Origin: Vitrella brassicaformis CCMP3155
Taxonomy: Eukaryota > Protista > Chromerida
Length of the DNA: 64,000 nucleotides
Assembly (NCBI GenBank): GCA_001179505.1
Contig: CDMY01000228.1
Span: forward strand, 96,184-160,183
Direction of reading: 5' to 3'
This document shows, in pieces, positions 1 to 12,805 of the stretch. Made by a program: the position numbers and the translations under genes. Position 1 is the first letter of the stretch. The number at the start of each line of letters is the position of its first letter. Below the pieces are notes generated by a model. It was not told the origin of the DNA, searched no databases, and worked only from the letters and a program-made list of their open reading frames with translations.

Positions 1-3000
1 GGAGCCGACATTCACGCCCGTAACCACAATGGATGGCAGCCTCTTCATTACGCTGCGATGGGGTAACGAAAGCGCCATCCGATTATGGTCATTCTTCACT
101 GCTGGCTGGCTCTCTTTGGCTGTGCAGCGGCTGCGATGAGCTAGTGGACATTCTCATAGACGCATCTGCCAATCCCCTGGTTCCCGCGAAGGCTGGCGCG
201 CCTGCTGAAGTGGCTGATAACTCCGTAACTTGGACTGCTGTCGATTCTATGCATTATGCCCATGTGCCACTGCTTGTCGGTTGAAATGTGTGCAGGGTCA
301 TCCTGCTCTCGCAAAACGCTTGAGGGACTATGAAGACCGTAAGTGCAAATAGCCGAGGCAACCACGTCGGTGAGCAAAACGATCATCTTGCATGTGTAGA
401 GAGGATTCGCGCGATGCTGGATGACACTGACGAGTCCACAAACAGCTCCGTGAGCAGTGTGGACCTCGCCATGGGACTCAAACGTGCTGCTTTCCACGTA
501 AGCCGGGTGTCTCGGGGAAATGACATAGCCTTGTCAACTCTATACTTGGCATTCTTGTGTTGTCAGGGCAATAGCTTTCTCGTGTCCCTCTTGTTGGATG
601 AGGGAGCGGATCCGAATGAGCGTCAGCCCGACAACAGGACAGCCCTCGTGTGGTCCGAGAACGGCACGAGTCCCCTGCAGATGGTGCAGCTGTTGCTGCC
701 TCACATGCGAGCCATCGACGACATCGATAGCGAGGGGAGGTCGGCGCTCCACTATGCTGCGATGACGGGTGACGCTGCGGTCGTCAGGGCCCTGCTGGAG
801 GCAGCTAACAGCAGCAGAAGGGCTCCTGACGTGAATGGCCTCGACATAGCAGGAGAGACTCCGATGTTCGTTGCCGTCTACAATGGCGGCTCGCCAGACG
901 TCGTCGAAGCGCTCATAGAATTCGGTGAGCGCCAGGATATACGGCGTGTCACCTCCGTCACCTGTCCTTATTCGTCCGATTCAGGTGCACACGTAAACGA
1001 AACGAACGAAGGACGGTTGGTCCCCCTTCATGTGGCTGCAAGCCGAGGACGTGTTGGCGCAGTGGAGGTGTTGCTCCGACACGGGGCGGACCCAAACGCA
1101 GTGGGAGGCTGCAACGTTGCTGCGGAAACACTGCTGTTACTGGCCTGCGGGTGCACGTGCAGCGATGGACATCATATTGAGCTGTACCGCTCCCTCGGTT
1201 TCGATCGGTGTGATGACCGCCACAGCAGAATGCTTGAGCTGGCCTTATCGTATGGAGCTGATGTCAACGCTGTCGGACTTCTCGGAGTCACTGCACTTCA
1301 TGTAGCTGCAGCGGGGTGAGCTACTCTACTCACACACACCTTGTGTGTATCCATGTTTTTCTTTGTGCTGTTGCTTTCGTGCAGGGGATGTTCTGACACA
1401 GTTACCAGGCTACTCAAGGCCCTTGCTGACCCGACAATCGCTGGCCGCTTTGGCGACGAACTGACGGCGGCCGGCAGGGCGTTCAACGAGGTATGCAGGC
1501 TGTGCTGTGTGGGCTCTGTAGCTCACCCCTGCAGAATGGTGCTGCTACATGGCTGCCTGTCTGCAGGGTCACATTTTTCTCGGATGCCACCTCAAATTCC
1601 ACGAATGTGAGTCGAACGAAGAGGAAGTGTTCTTTGCTTGTGGCAGACCATTGTCTTTGGTGCGTTCGTTGTCTGCAGACAAGACTCACCTCATTCGGTT
1701 CTTCTCCTCGCCGTGGTCTGTGGCTCTGGTGCTCTGCTGTGTTGCGGTCCTGCTGCTGGCCAATCGGCGGATGCGTCGCCGTCTGCTCTTCGCCATCAGA
1801 TGGCTCAAGGAAAAGCCCATGGATCGGCTGAAGGAATCTGTAGAAGGTAAGAAACGGACAAAGAACGGAAAATATGACAACGGCTGCATGATGATGGGTC
1901 TGTCTGTGGTTTTACTGGCACCACTTCAGCGGGCACACAGCGCCTCAGCAAGCGCGATAAGAACAGACTGAAGAAGAGCCGTACTCGGGATGAGGGGGAA
2001 GGCACCCGAATGGAGGCAAGCCGCCCAGACACTGATGCCGCAGAGAGCATCACCCAGTAGGTGGCAGCAACCGTCGTGCAGAAAGCACTGTCTTGTGTGT
2101 GCGATGGGTTGCAGTGACGCTGTGGATGAGAAGGACGCCACACGAACCCCAGCGAGGCCGGCAGACGCCGATCCCGCCGAAAATGAAACCAGGTGGGTGA
2201 CAGCCACCACTTCGGCATAAGAAATCATGTGTCTGCCATGTGTGTCTGATGAATTGCAGATGTGGAGAAGTCGTCAAGCGCTGGCAGGAGAAGTATTCGG
2301 CGGCCATCCGCGAGCGCGATGCTGCCCGAGAGGCCCTCAGACAGACAGAGAGCACCCTGCATGCCGAACGCGATAAGTGAGAAGAACCAGCCAGCAGAGC
2401 AGAGGGGACTACACTTATACGTGCGGTGCAGGGGAGAGTCTGACCGTCAGAAGGTCAAGTCCCTCAGCACATCGCTGCAGCAGGCGAAGCAAGAATGCAC
2501 CAAAGCCCAGAAGGAGGCCAAGCAGCTGACCACCAGGTGAGGACACTAACGAGGCACAGCTGCATCGGCCATACGGGTCTGTGTCTGGTGCAGGTTAGAC
2601 AAGCAGGTAGAGGTGGCCGAGAGGGAGAAGGCCAGCAAGGACGAGGCCATAGCTGCCGCCCAGCGACAGGCCCACACCCTCACTGACGAAAAGGACAAGT
2701 GAGCGGCTGTTCTGATACACAAGGCACCGCTCAGCCACATGCCGACTGGTTTCCCTCTCAGGATGAAGGCTCGCCTGGACGGCACCGTGAAAGAGAGGGA
2801 CGCCGCACACAAGAAGATCCGAGAGTAGGCAACATCAAGACGCCACGCGGTGACGTTGCCTGCTTGTCCTTTCTCCATTGTTTGTGTGTGTGCAGTTTAG
2901 AGGCATCTGTCCGGGAGCTGCAGGCAGACGTGGGCTGCCTCGACTCTGCTAGCATCGACAGGTGGGCGCCACTTAAAAGAACGAAAAATCAACGTATCGC

Positions 3001-3397
3001 TGGCCTGTCTCTCGTCATGCATGCCTTTGTCATCAGGTTGTCTGCTGACCGGCTGGAGCACACCGACCAGGAGGGCGTGCGAAGTTTCCAGAGCGACATC
3101 CAAGAGGCCATGCAGCAGCTGGCGTCTGCTCGCGACCGGCTGATGGGCCGCCTGGCCGGCGTGTCTGACCAGGAGCGGCAGCTGCGTGAGCTGGAGGTGC
3201 AGGCCAAGGAAAAGGCCGATGACCTACAGAAGTGTGTCGTCTGCATGGACGAGGCTCAGCCCGCCACCATTGTGCTGAGTCCCTGCCGCCACATGTGTCT
3301 GTGCGACAAGTGCTGGCGCAAGTACCGCAGGAGAGAGTGCCCCATGTGCCGCAAACCTTTTGACCGCGACAGGTCGGGGGCGGTCTACATGTCGTAG
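1..3397 (+). CDS. Ankyrin-repeat / transmembrane / coiled-coil / C3HC4 RING protein (putative E3 ligase), 5'-truncated, multi-exon
   Basis: Ankyrin repeats: GWQPLHYAAMG|GCDELVDILIDASANP (in frame across a GT-AG intron at 63-127), GRSALHYAAMTGDAAVVRALL, VPLHVAASRGRVGAVEVLLRHGADPN, TALHVAAAG. Hydrophobic segment WSVALVLCCVAVLLLA at ~1715-1760. Coiled-coil exons at 2260-3230. RING CVVCMD...PCRHMCLCDKC...CPMCR ends with a stop at 3395-3397. Confidence 0.85.
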
Positions 3398-3402
3398 CTA
3401 TA

Positions 3403-3863
3403 TGCAGCTGGGGTGGGTGAGTGGGGTTCCTGGGGTGCGTGTGCATGGGTGTGTGTGAATGCGTGCAGTGTGCCATTTGTGGCTTCATGTACAAGCAATG
3501 AAGGTGTGGGCCGGGGCGGGAAGTAGCTCTTGCAGGTATACAATTAATTAGTGGGGACAGCAGGTCTTGCTGTTCAGGTGTTGACTGGGCTTATCGTAGA
3601 TGGCGCTGCCTCTTTTGGTATGGTTTTGCGTGTGGCATTCTCCAACCGCCTACAGGTCGTAGCCATGCAGCTGAGGGGGTGGGTGCCTGGGGTGCGCTGT
3701 GTGCGTGTGGATGGTGCATTCATGTAGCGCGCCATTTGTGGCTATATATTCAAGCGATGTGGGCGTGGGTATTTAGTATTTCTTGCAGGTATACAATTGG
3801 TGGGGACACCAGGTCTTGCTGTGCAGGTGTTGACTGGGCTTATCGTAGATAGCGCTGCCTTCT
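3403..3863. repeat. Diverged tandem duplication (~200-260 bp units) downstream of the RING gene
   Basis: The blocks tcttgcaggtatacaatt...gtggggaca.caggtcttgctgt.caggtgttgactgggcttatcgtagat.gcgctgcct occur at ~3527-3612 and ~3781-3860. The preceding tgcagctg...gccatttgtggct segments are also homologous. Confidence 0.8.
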
Positions 3864-5259
3864 CTTGATTCGCCATTGTGTTGTGTGTGGTGTGCGGATT
3901 CGAATCCACAACAAGGCGAATATCAATCAGTTTGTGACACCACGATTGATTCAACCACGCACACATGACGATGCAATTTGTCCTCACAGGCCGACACACG
4001 AGCCTGCAGCTGTTCCAGTGACCACACATGACTGCCTGCACGATAGGTACATTCCCTCCTCTGTTGGCCCTTCCGTGCACCGCATCCAGCCAGCATCTAG
4101 CGTCGAGCAAGAAGATCGTTCTCGCCTCGACACACGCCGTCCACCCATCGCTGCACAGTCTGTCGAGTCGATACGATCCATCCCCTACCATGCCACCACA
4201 CAGACAGACAGACATCAGCCCCACTGCATCGAGCATTTCACAGCACACACACACCAGGCCGCCCCTCCCTCTCATGAGTCTCGGCAAAAAGTGAGGGTGG
4301 GTGGGTGGCGCAGTCTCAGTCGGTCGGTCGGTCAGTGGTCGAGTGAGGGGTCAAGTCGAGTGTCGGTCAACACAAGCAAGCGACGCAAGCGTTCCGAAAA
4401 AAGGGAATGCCGCAGCAGTGCAAAGGGGGAGGGGGAAACGGGGGGACGGAGATACGGATGTCTTTGGTCTGTCTGTCTGTAGGGAGGGTGTCTCCGCGTC
4501 TCCCTCGACGGTCCCATCGCTTCTGCGTATGTCGCGTTAGCGCATACGAGAGCGACAGGCCAGCCATGAGAAACGGCGGAGGCCCACCCGTCCACATGAC
4601 ACAGACATAGTGAGAATTAATGCTTCATGTACACGACGACATACACGCAATAACCAGACAGTGTCCGACCAATCCAGCCAGCAGTGATAGTCCATCCATC
4701 CATCGGGGAGGCGTGGGCACCGATAGGTCCTCTTGTACGATGCCGGAACGGGTTACAGATGCCTGAGTCCCATGTGTGATGGGACGCTGACATCTCACTC
4801 GCCATCACGGCAGCGCACAAGAGAAGCTATCAGCCCACCCCATAAACCGCAGGCACACAATAACTGTTCTTACAACGATACATGTGATATATATGTGTGT
4901 GTGTGTGTGTGTGTTGCTCTCAGCTGATGCCCCCGATTCGCCCGCCAACAGTGAGGCCAAGGCTCTCCCCACTGAGTTGCGAGAGAGCCGTTGCCTCAAT
5001 GCCTGAGGAGTCATCGTGGGCATCTTCAGCAGAGCACACAGTAGTGATTCCAGCAGACAGGCCAAGCCAACAGCGATCTGTTCAAATACGTCCGGCCGTC
5101 CGTCGCCACCCACACAATGCGACCCCATACCATCCACACCCGCCATAACGCACCAACCAACCACCACAAGGCATCAAAATCGTACACACCCACCCATCCC
5201 TCCACCCCAACACGCACGACAAACACACACACACACACATCCATCCATCCATCCGCGCA

Positions 5260-7704
5260 TCATGCCTCCGTCCTCAGTCGCTTCTCAGCCGCCCCCTCCT
5301 CCCTCTCCCTCTCTCCCTCCCCCCTGACCTCACTGTCAGCAGCACACGGCAGCAGCGCCCTCTTGCCGTTGCCGTTGATGTCGTTGATGTGGCCATTGGT
5401 GCCGTTGACACCGTTGACCATCAGCTTGGGGTTCGACGACGTGCTGGGCGACGGCGTGTCGGTGTTGTCGACGTGTGCGGGGGAGGGGCGCGCACTGTGC
5501 CGCTGGAAGAACTCCAGTGCACGCTTCATGGCCGTCGAGAGGTCGGCGAGCAGATCGGAGGCGTTCTCGAGACCGACGGACAGTCTGCATGTGGTGTGTG
5601 AGAGAGAGAGAGAGAGATGAAGAAGGAGAGGGAAAGAGTGTGTGTGTGGGTGTGTGTTGGCTGACCGGACGATGTCCTCAGGGATGCCCCTCATGTCTTT
5701 TGGGATGGAGGCGTGTGAGAGCACGCAGGGCATCTCGATGAGCGAGTTGCACGACCCGAACGACACCGATATCTTGAAGATCTTGCAGAAGTCGCAGATC
5801 TTGCGCGAATACCGAACCGAACCCGTCTCGAAACTGATCACCGAACCTGCACACATACATTCCCCACATACACACTCTTCCCCTCTCTCCCTCTCCCTCT
5901 CCCTCTCTGTATGTGTGCGGCAACACTGACCTCCGCCCCTTGATTGGCTCTTGTGTAGCTCGAACGCGCCCTCAGGATGGTCCTTGGGGTGTCCGGCGTA
6001 GTGCACCTTGCTCACGAGTGGGTGTTTGGCGAGGAACTCGGCGATCTCGCTGGCGGTCTGCTGCATGCGATCGTGCCGGATGGCGAGCGTCTTGAGGCCC
6101 CGCAACGTCAGCCAGCAGTCGAACGGCGACAGTGCTGAGCCCTCAGCATTCTGATATGTTTACACACATGAGATGGGTGTTCGGTGCGGTCTGTGTGTTT
6201 GTTGGTGTGCTGGCGGGGTGGGGTATGGTGGGTGCGTGGGCTCACTTGCACGAAGGCGATCTGCCGGGCAAGGTCCTCAGACGAACAACACACAAAACCT
6301 GACAGACACCGAATGCAACGCACAGAATGTTGCATGCTCATCTCCTTTGTGTGTGTCTGAGTCTGTGTGTGTGTGTGTGGGTGGGTGTGTGGGTGTGGGT
6401 GTGTGTGTGGCTTACCGGCCATGGTGTCGGAGTGTCCTGCGAGGAACTTGGTAGCCGAGTGAATGATGACGTCGGCGCCGAGCTTGATGGGGTTCATCAG
6501 GTAGGGGCTCATCATCGTGCTGTCAACCACCAGCCACGCCTTGTACTTGTGAGCCAAATCTGACATCCACACACACACACACACAAACGGATGGATGGGC
6601 ACAGAGAGATAGAGATAAGGACGCCTGATGCGCGCGCGCGCGTGTGCGTGTGTGTGTGTGTGTGCCTGACCGGCGCATCTCCTGACGTCGCTGATCCTCA
6701 TGAGAGGGTTGGACGGCGTCTCGATGTACACGATCTTGGTCTTGGAACTTATCACACGGGCGATCTCGTCCACGTCGGTGGTGTCGACGAAACGAGTCGC
6801 TATGCCCTGAGAGAGGGAATGACACAGAGACCGACAGAAATGCACACGTGTGCCTGCCTATTCAGCAAGGAATGCGGGAGCGTGACGCACCGCACCCACC
6901 TGTTTGGCGCAGATGCGCGTCAGAAGTCGGTGTGCGCCGCCATAGATGTCATCACTGCAGATGATCTCATCCCCAATCTGCACACACCGACCGCACACAA
7001 CACACGCCTCAATGAAGGTCAATCCACACATCCATGTGAGTGTGTGGTAGTGAACGTACGTCGCACAGCCTGGTCATGGCGGTCATGGCGGCCATGCCCG
7101 AGTTGAAGGCAAAGGCCGCGTGCGCCGACTCCAGCGACGCCACCAACTCCTCTACTGCTGTGCGAGTGGGGTTACCAGAACTGTGTGATCACACACACAC
7201 ACAATGGCTCTCGTATGCGTGTGTCTGTTGCTCCCTTGGTGCCTCCCTCCCTGCCTCCGTCACCCACTTCACTTACCGCGTGTAATCGTAGGGCCCAAAC
7301 CTCTCAATGGAGGGCTGCTGGAAGGTGGCTGTCTGGTAGATGGGCATGCTAGTTGGGTGGTAAGGGTCCAGCTTGCAGGGGTCGAAGGCCACGATGTGCG
7401 TGTCCATGTTGGCCTCCTCCGGCTTATCTTTGAAGGACGGCCGCACCGGGTACGTCGGCAGCTGGTTGTAGTCGAACCCGAGCAGGTGCTCCTCCTCGTC
7501 GCCCTCGTCAGCAGCCGTCGGGAAGGTGATATACCGAGGGTCGTTCTCCACGTTCGGGTCGCCGTGAGAGTGCGGCGAGGGGCTCCGCGGGCCGAGGTTG
7601 GGCGACTTGGGGTTGTGCGGGTCGGGCGTCATCTTGACGCCGCTGCTAGTGGTGCTCGCCGGCTGCAGGCCTGCAGGAGACGACACCGGCCCGTTCGACG
7701 TCAT
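5260..7704 (-). CDS. metC: Cystathionine beta-lyase (plant/cyanobacterial-type Cys/Met PLP enzyme), multi-exon
   Basis: Spliced exons give MPIYQTATFQQPSIERFGPYDYTR|SGNPTRTAVEELVASLESAHAAFAFNSGMAAM, KIVYIETPSNPLMRISD, VVDSTMMSPYLMNPIKLGADVIIHSATKFLAGHSDTMAG (PLP lysine), SVSFGSCNSLIEMP and RLSVGLENASDLLADL. The N-terminal motif closely resembles plant CBL. CBL versus CGL/CGS specificity is inferred. Confidence 0.85.
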
Positions 7705-7872
7705 GATGCGGGGTCACAAACACTAAGAATGCGCCGTCGTGTCCTGAAAGCGCTCCTTTGGGACGAATCAAGGACAGCAGTCTCTCTCTTTTCAAGCTCG
7801 CATGATTTGTGGGAACCGTGAAACCGCCTCTTGTCGCCTGAACCAACCTTTTTTTGAGGCAATTCAACGAGG

Positions 7873-8612
7873 ATGTCTGAGATCGTAAGCTACTGGTGGC
7901 AGTATTTTGTCCACCACCTGCCTAGCCACCTGTCTGTCGGCGCCGTGGTCATCCTGAGGCCGCTATGGCGCTTCCTGACGCTCTGGCCCAAGCTGCTTCT
8001 CCCAGCAACAAACAGGAGGACAGCCGCCCTGCCCCACCCCCACTCCCACTCCTCCCACCAGCCTCCCCCCCTCTCCATCCCTCCCGAGCCAGAGCCATCC
8101 CACGAGAACACCCTGCCGAAGCTCATCGTCCCGGAGTCGGTGAGGCACGCCTCACGGCTGTCCCTGTCGAGCCACCTGGACTCGATGCGGCCCGCGCCGC
8201 TCGATATTCGCGTGTCCAAGAAGACGCGCCACTCGCAGACTTCGATTGGCGGCATCGCCAGCAGTCTGACGATAGACCACTCGCCGCATGGGGCGTTGCG
8301 GACGCCGCAGCTGGGTCCGCCTGGGAGTGACAAGGCGGACAGGGAGATGATGCAGCTGCTGCACGACCTCAGCATCGAGGACGTCATGGGCAGCAAGGGA
8401 GAACTGTAAGCAGAGATATGGATGGATGGATGGGTGAATGGCACAGATGTCTATCTATCTGTTTCATTGTGTCCTTTGTGTTTTGTGTGCAGTGCGCGTG
8501 AGGCGGCGTTTATGCATGGCGACACGCCCCGATCGTCTGAGCAAATACCAGATGTGAGCCAACGTGGAAGCATGCAGGATAGCTAGAGAGACAATGACTC
8601 TGTCTGCACGTC

Positions 8613-8651
<39 letters not shown>

Positions 8652-9972
8652 GTGACGGGGCGTGTCCACTCGGTTGAGTCCATGACGGCCGTGGACGGGC
8701 CGGGGCTCAGGTACCTCATATTCACTCAGGTACGTTCCCCGACCCATGCAGAGAGAGAGATGCACACACGATTGGTTTGTCTGATCCATTCATTCATGTG
8801 TGAATGGAATGTCCTCTGAGTGTGTGCTGTGCTGTGCAGGGCTGCCCTCGCCGTTGTGTGTTTTGTGCAAACCCCGACTCATGGGACCCAAAGGGCGGCA
8901 TCGAGGTGGGTGAGCACAGCCTCCCTCCTACGCCCCTCAACCACCTCCACCCACATATCAGCACATGCAGCGCATCAAAGTGATGAGTGTGGATGTGATG
9001 TATGTGTCTCTCTTATGTAGATGTCGTCCAAGGCAGTGGCGAAGCAGCTGCGCAAGTGTAAGCCGTACCTCAAGCCCAACGGCGGCGGCATCACCTGTTC
9101 GGGCGGCGAACCGCTCATGCAGCCACACTTCATCGCAGCGGTCTTTGAAGAGGCACACGTACGCCCACACACCCCACCACCACACACCCACACAGACACA
9201 GGCAGAGAAACATCCGTCCCTTGCGTGTGTTGTGTGTCAGTTGCTGGGTCTGACCACGTGTCTTGACACGACGGGTTTCGGCAACACGCGTTCGTGGCAG
9301 ATCACCTTGCCCCACACCGACCTGGTGCTGCTGTGCCTCAAGTCGTTCGACCCCCACAAATACAAAGAACTCACCAAATCCACACACAAATCGGCGGTCA
9401 GTGCAGTGAGCGAAGAGAAGACAGATGGGTATTAGACTAGACGTTTATATGTGTGTGTGTGTGTGTGTGTGTGGTGTCAGTATGAGTTTGCAGAGGAGTT
9501 GGAGCGTCGGGGCATCCCCTGGTGGCTGCGGTTTCTCTTCATACCCGGACACACCGACAACGACTTCGAATACACACACTGCGAGGTGAGTATTGATGCC
9601 TGTGCACCTACCTACCTGTGTTGATTGACATGACCTGCATTCAATTCACCTCTCTCTCTGCGGCGCGGCCTTTCAGAACTTCGTCAAGGCCCACTCGAGC
9701 TGCAAAGGGGTGGAACTCCTGCCCTACCACACGCTCGGCGTCGAGAAGGTCGGTCTCTGCACACAGCCCCACCACACACACACACACACTCACACACACG
9801 CGCAAACACCACCGTGCTGTCTTGTGTGCTGTGTTTCCCCCTCATCGACCAGTGGAAGAACCTTGGTCTGCCTTACGTGTTTGAGGACATGCAGCCCCCG
9901 CCAAAGGACAAGGTTGCAGCGCTCAAGCAGAGGTGGGAGGCCGCCGGGGTGCCCGTCATGCTCGCACAATAA
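7873..9972 (+). CDS. pflA: Pyruvate formate-lyase activating enzyme (radical SAM) with long N-terminal extension, multi-exon
   Basis: Spliced exons give GRVHSVESMTAVDGPGLRYLIFTQ|GCPRRCVFCANPDSW (CxxxCxxC), GGGITCSGGEPLMQP, TCLDTTG, DLVLLCLKSFDP, WLRFLFIPGHTD and VELLPYHTLGVEK|WKNLG. Stop TAA at 9970-9972. Confidence 0.93.
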
Positions 9973-12805
9973 GTGAATGAAGTGGTGGATGGGGGTCAGT
10001 CAACTTCAGGGAGACGAACGTTGAGTGAGGAATGGGCAGTGGTGGGTAGTCTTGTGGGTAGCCTGTCTGTCTGTCTGTCTGTCTGTGCGTGCCTATCGCT
10101 CATGTTTGTCTCCCTGGCTTTTGTTTTTCTGGGTCGGGAAAAGGTGTGTGTGGGATTCTTTTGTTTTCTCGTCTCGCCTCTTTTGTCGTCTTGTGGGAGG
10201 CGTGCTGTATATTTCTCTGCTTTAATGCTGCTTTCTCCCCTACTTGTCTGTCTTGTCTGAATCTAACCTTGCTGCCTGCCTGCCTGCCTTGCCTTGCCTT
10301 CATGCAGACAGACATCCGGGGCTTGGTAGGTCAGTACACAAGCCCGCACACACACGTACAGTACATGCACTCCATTCCTTCCTTCCCATCCCTGTCTGTG
10401 TGCGTGTCGGCGCTGAGGGTGACCCTGCGAGCGAGAGAGAAGAGGCCACCACACACACACCTCACCACCTCTCCCAGACACATACAGAGGTGCAGACGTG
10501 TGTGCGTGTGGCTCTCCTTCTCTCTGGACGTGTGGGCTTGAATGAATGTGTGAGGGGAGCGTGTGTGTGTACGTGTTGTTGTGCATACAACACTAGTACA
10601 GGCAAGCAGTAGCAGCACAGAGCGAGAGGGGGAGGGAGAGAGAGGCGTTTGACCTTTTGCTTGCTGACCCGCTCGGTGCTTGCTTGCCTGTCGGGAGAGG
10701 GGGAGGAGGGTGCAGGGGAGAGAAACATAGGGCTCCATCCACCCACCCAGCCACCCAGCCACTCCGTCCTTTTTGTCCATTTTTGAATGACCACATCCAT
10801 CGGCACACCACATCAGCCACCCCCCCCCCGACCCTGCCTGTCTGCCTGTGCGTGTCTGTCGGTGCATTGTGTGGTTTTGTCGTCACGTCGTGTTTGTTGC
10901 CGGCTGGGAAGGGGAGCTCTCAGCGCACATACAGGGGAGGGAAGAGGGAACAAGGGAGAGACTGACTGGCTGCGAGGGGGGAGAGAGTGGACACACAAGG
11001 GGCGGGCCGGTGGAGCAGAGCGGAGCCCCTGTGCAGTGCATTTCTCGTCTGTCTGTCTGTCTGTCTGTATGGCTGACCTCGTTGGCTGACTGACTACTGT
11101 CACGAACGGATAGACATGGTGCGTCATGATGGATGCGTCTCATTGTCTTTCCACTTTTTGGTTTGGTTAAGTACTCTGACTGACTCCCTGACTTCCTCAC
11201 CTCATTGGCTAGCCCCAGCTAACGCTCATGTCCTACGACTGACTGCACCCGTCCATCCATCCATCCATCCATTCCGTCCATCGAGCACGCAAAACATAGA
11301 TGCCCGTCTCCCGTGGAGTCGACCAGTGCCCTTCTCTGTCTGCCTGTCTGCCTGTCTATCGTCCCGTTCCCGTGTGTCCACCCTTGCCGACCGCACTCCG
11401 ACGGTTCGGGCAGCCACGAAGATGACTGCGCGAAATGCCGTTTTGATGCGGTCAGGAAGGGTGGATACACGGGGGCGCAGACGACAGGTTTGGTATCCAT
11501 CCCTCTTATCTGTGTGCCTGCCTGCCTGCCACATGATTCAATCGGTCGGTCGGTCACTCACCCACCCCTCATGGATGGGGCGGGGCGATGGACTGACGGA
11601 CGGATGGATGGATTGGAGAGGAATATGGTGGAGCTAGCCACCCTTTTGCACACACAGACACACACGACACACGTCACACATCCATCTCGCCCGATCGCTC
11701 CTGCCTGTCTGCCTGCCTGCCTGACACAGATTGACATTTTGATGCACGTACGTATGCATCGCTGCCTGCCTGCCTGCCTTACTGACTGAGCGCATGGCTG
11801 CCTGACCGATCCCGCTGCCTCCGTGGCCGTTTTTCGCTCCACCGGGCGAATGGCCGTCTCCTCTGGTCCTGCTTACCTGTCTGTCTGCCTGTCTGCCGGT
11901 TGCCGCGGTGGCCCCTTGAGCGCATTGAGACAGCGATGCACTCTTTTTTCGTTAAGGCGCGATTGATCGAACGTTGGATGACCGTTCGTTGCACTCGTCT
12001 CGGTCGATGCATTGCACCCGCCCCGTCAACGCATTTCGCGCCATGGAAAAGGCCATGACGTGAAATCGGTTGGTGGCGCGGCGGCTGTGCTGAGGCTGAG
12101 ACGACGAAGATGATGACACAGTGCGTTGAACGAACCAGTTGAATTAACAGCAGTGTGTCCGTTCCATGTAGGCGGCAGCAGCCGGTCTAATGCAGGTGCC
12201 CAGCAGCACACACAGACCTGGACAAATACATGCATCCGTCTCATGTGCGAAACACGTGGCCTGACCTGCGAATCGACCAGGCCCCCATGCGTCAAGTCAA
12301 TTCTACCTGCCCACCTGTCTGCCTGCACCTCTTCACCTGTGGCTGACCCTTTCCAACAACTACACCAGCAGCCCAGGAACCAAGATTGTGGCAACCGGGC
12401 CGCCGTTGCAGACGCTGGAAAGCGTCACCGAATACAGGTGACAGACAGAGGCAAGAGAACCATCCCGCAAGCAAACACTAGGGTACACCCATACACTCAT
12501 GGGGGTCGGGAGGGTGCTGGTCTGCCTGGTCTGCTGGCCTGCTGTCACGAAGGGACAGAGGTGATAACAGAGTGCTGCATCACCACTCCACGTTCGCCGC
12601 CACACAGACACAGCTCAGGCAGACATCACGCCCGGCCACCCACCCTGCGTCAATCCATCAATCACCAAAATGTCGATCTATCCATCCATCACAACAGAAG
12701 ACTACCCGGGCGGGCCAGATACACCGAAAATCGCCCGCCCGCCACTTTCCTGCATGGCTCTCTGCATCTGCACGCCCCTCATCTCCCCCATTTGCCAGCC
12801 AGCAA

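Noticed and set aside
61-130. Apparent stop/frameshift at the start of the ankyrin gene
   Set aside because: A GT-AG intron at 63-127 restores a perfect ankyrin repeat.
3742-5250. ORFs 3742-4287 (-), 3865-4482 (+), 4805-5167 (-) and an exon-like block at 4924
   Set aside because: Splice signals point to both strands and no coherent or recognisable product could be assembled. A small gene cannot be excluded but is unsupported.
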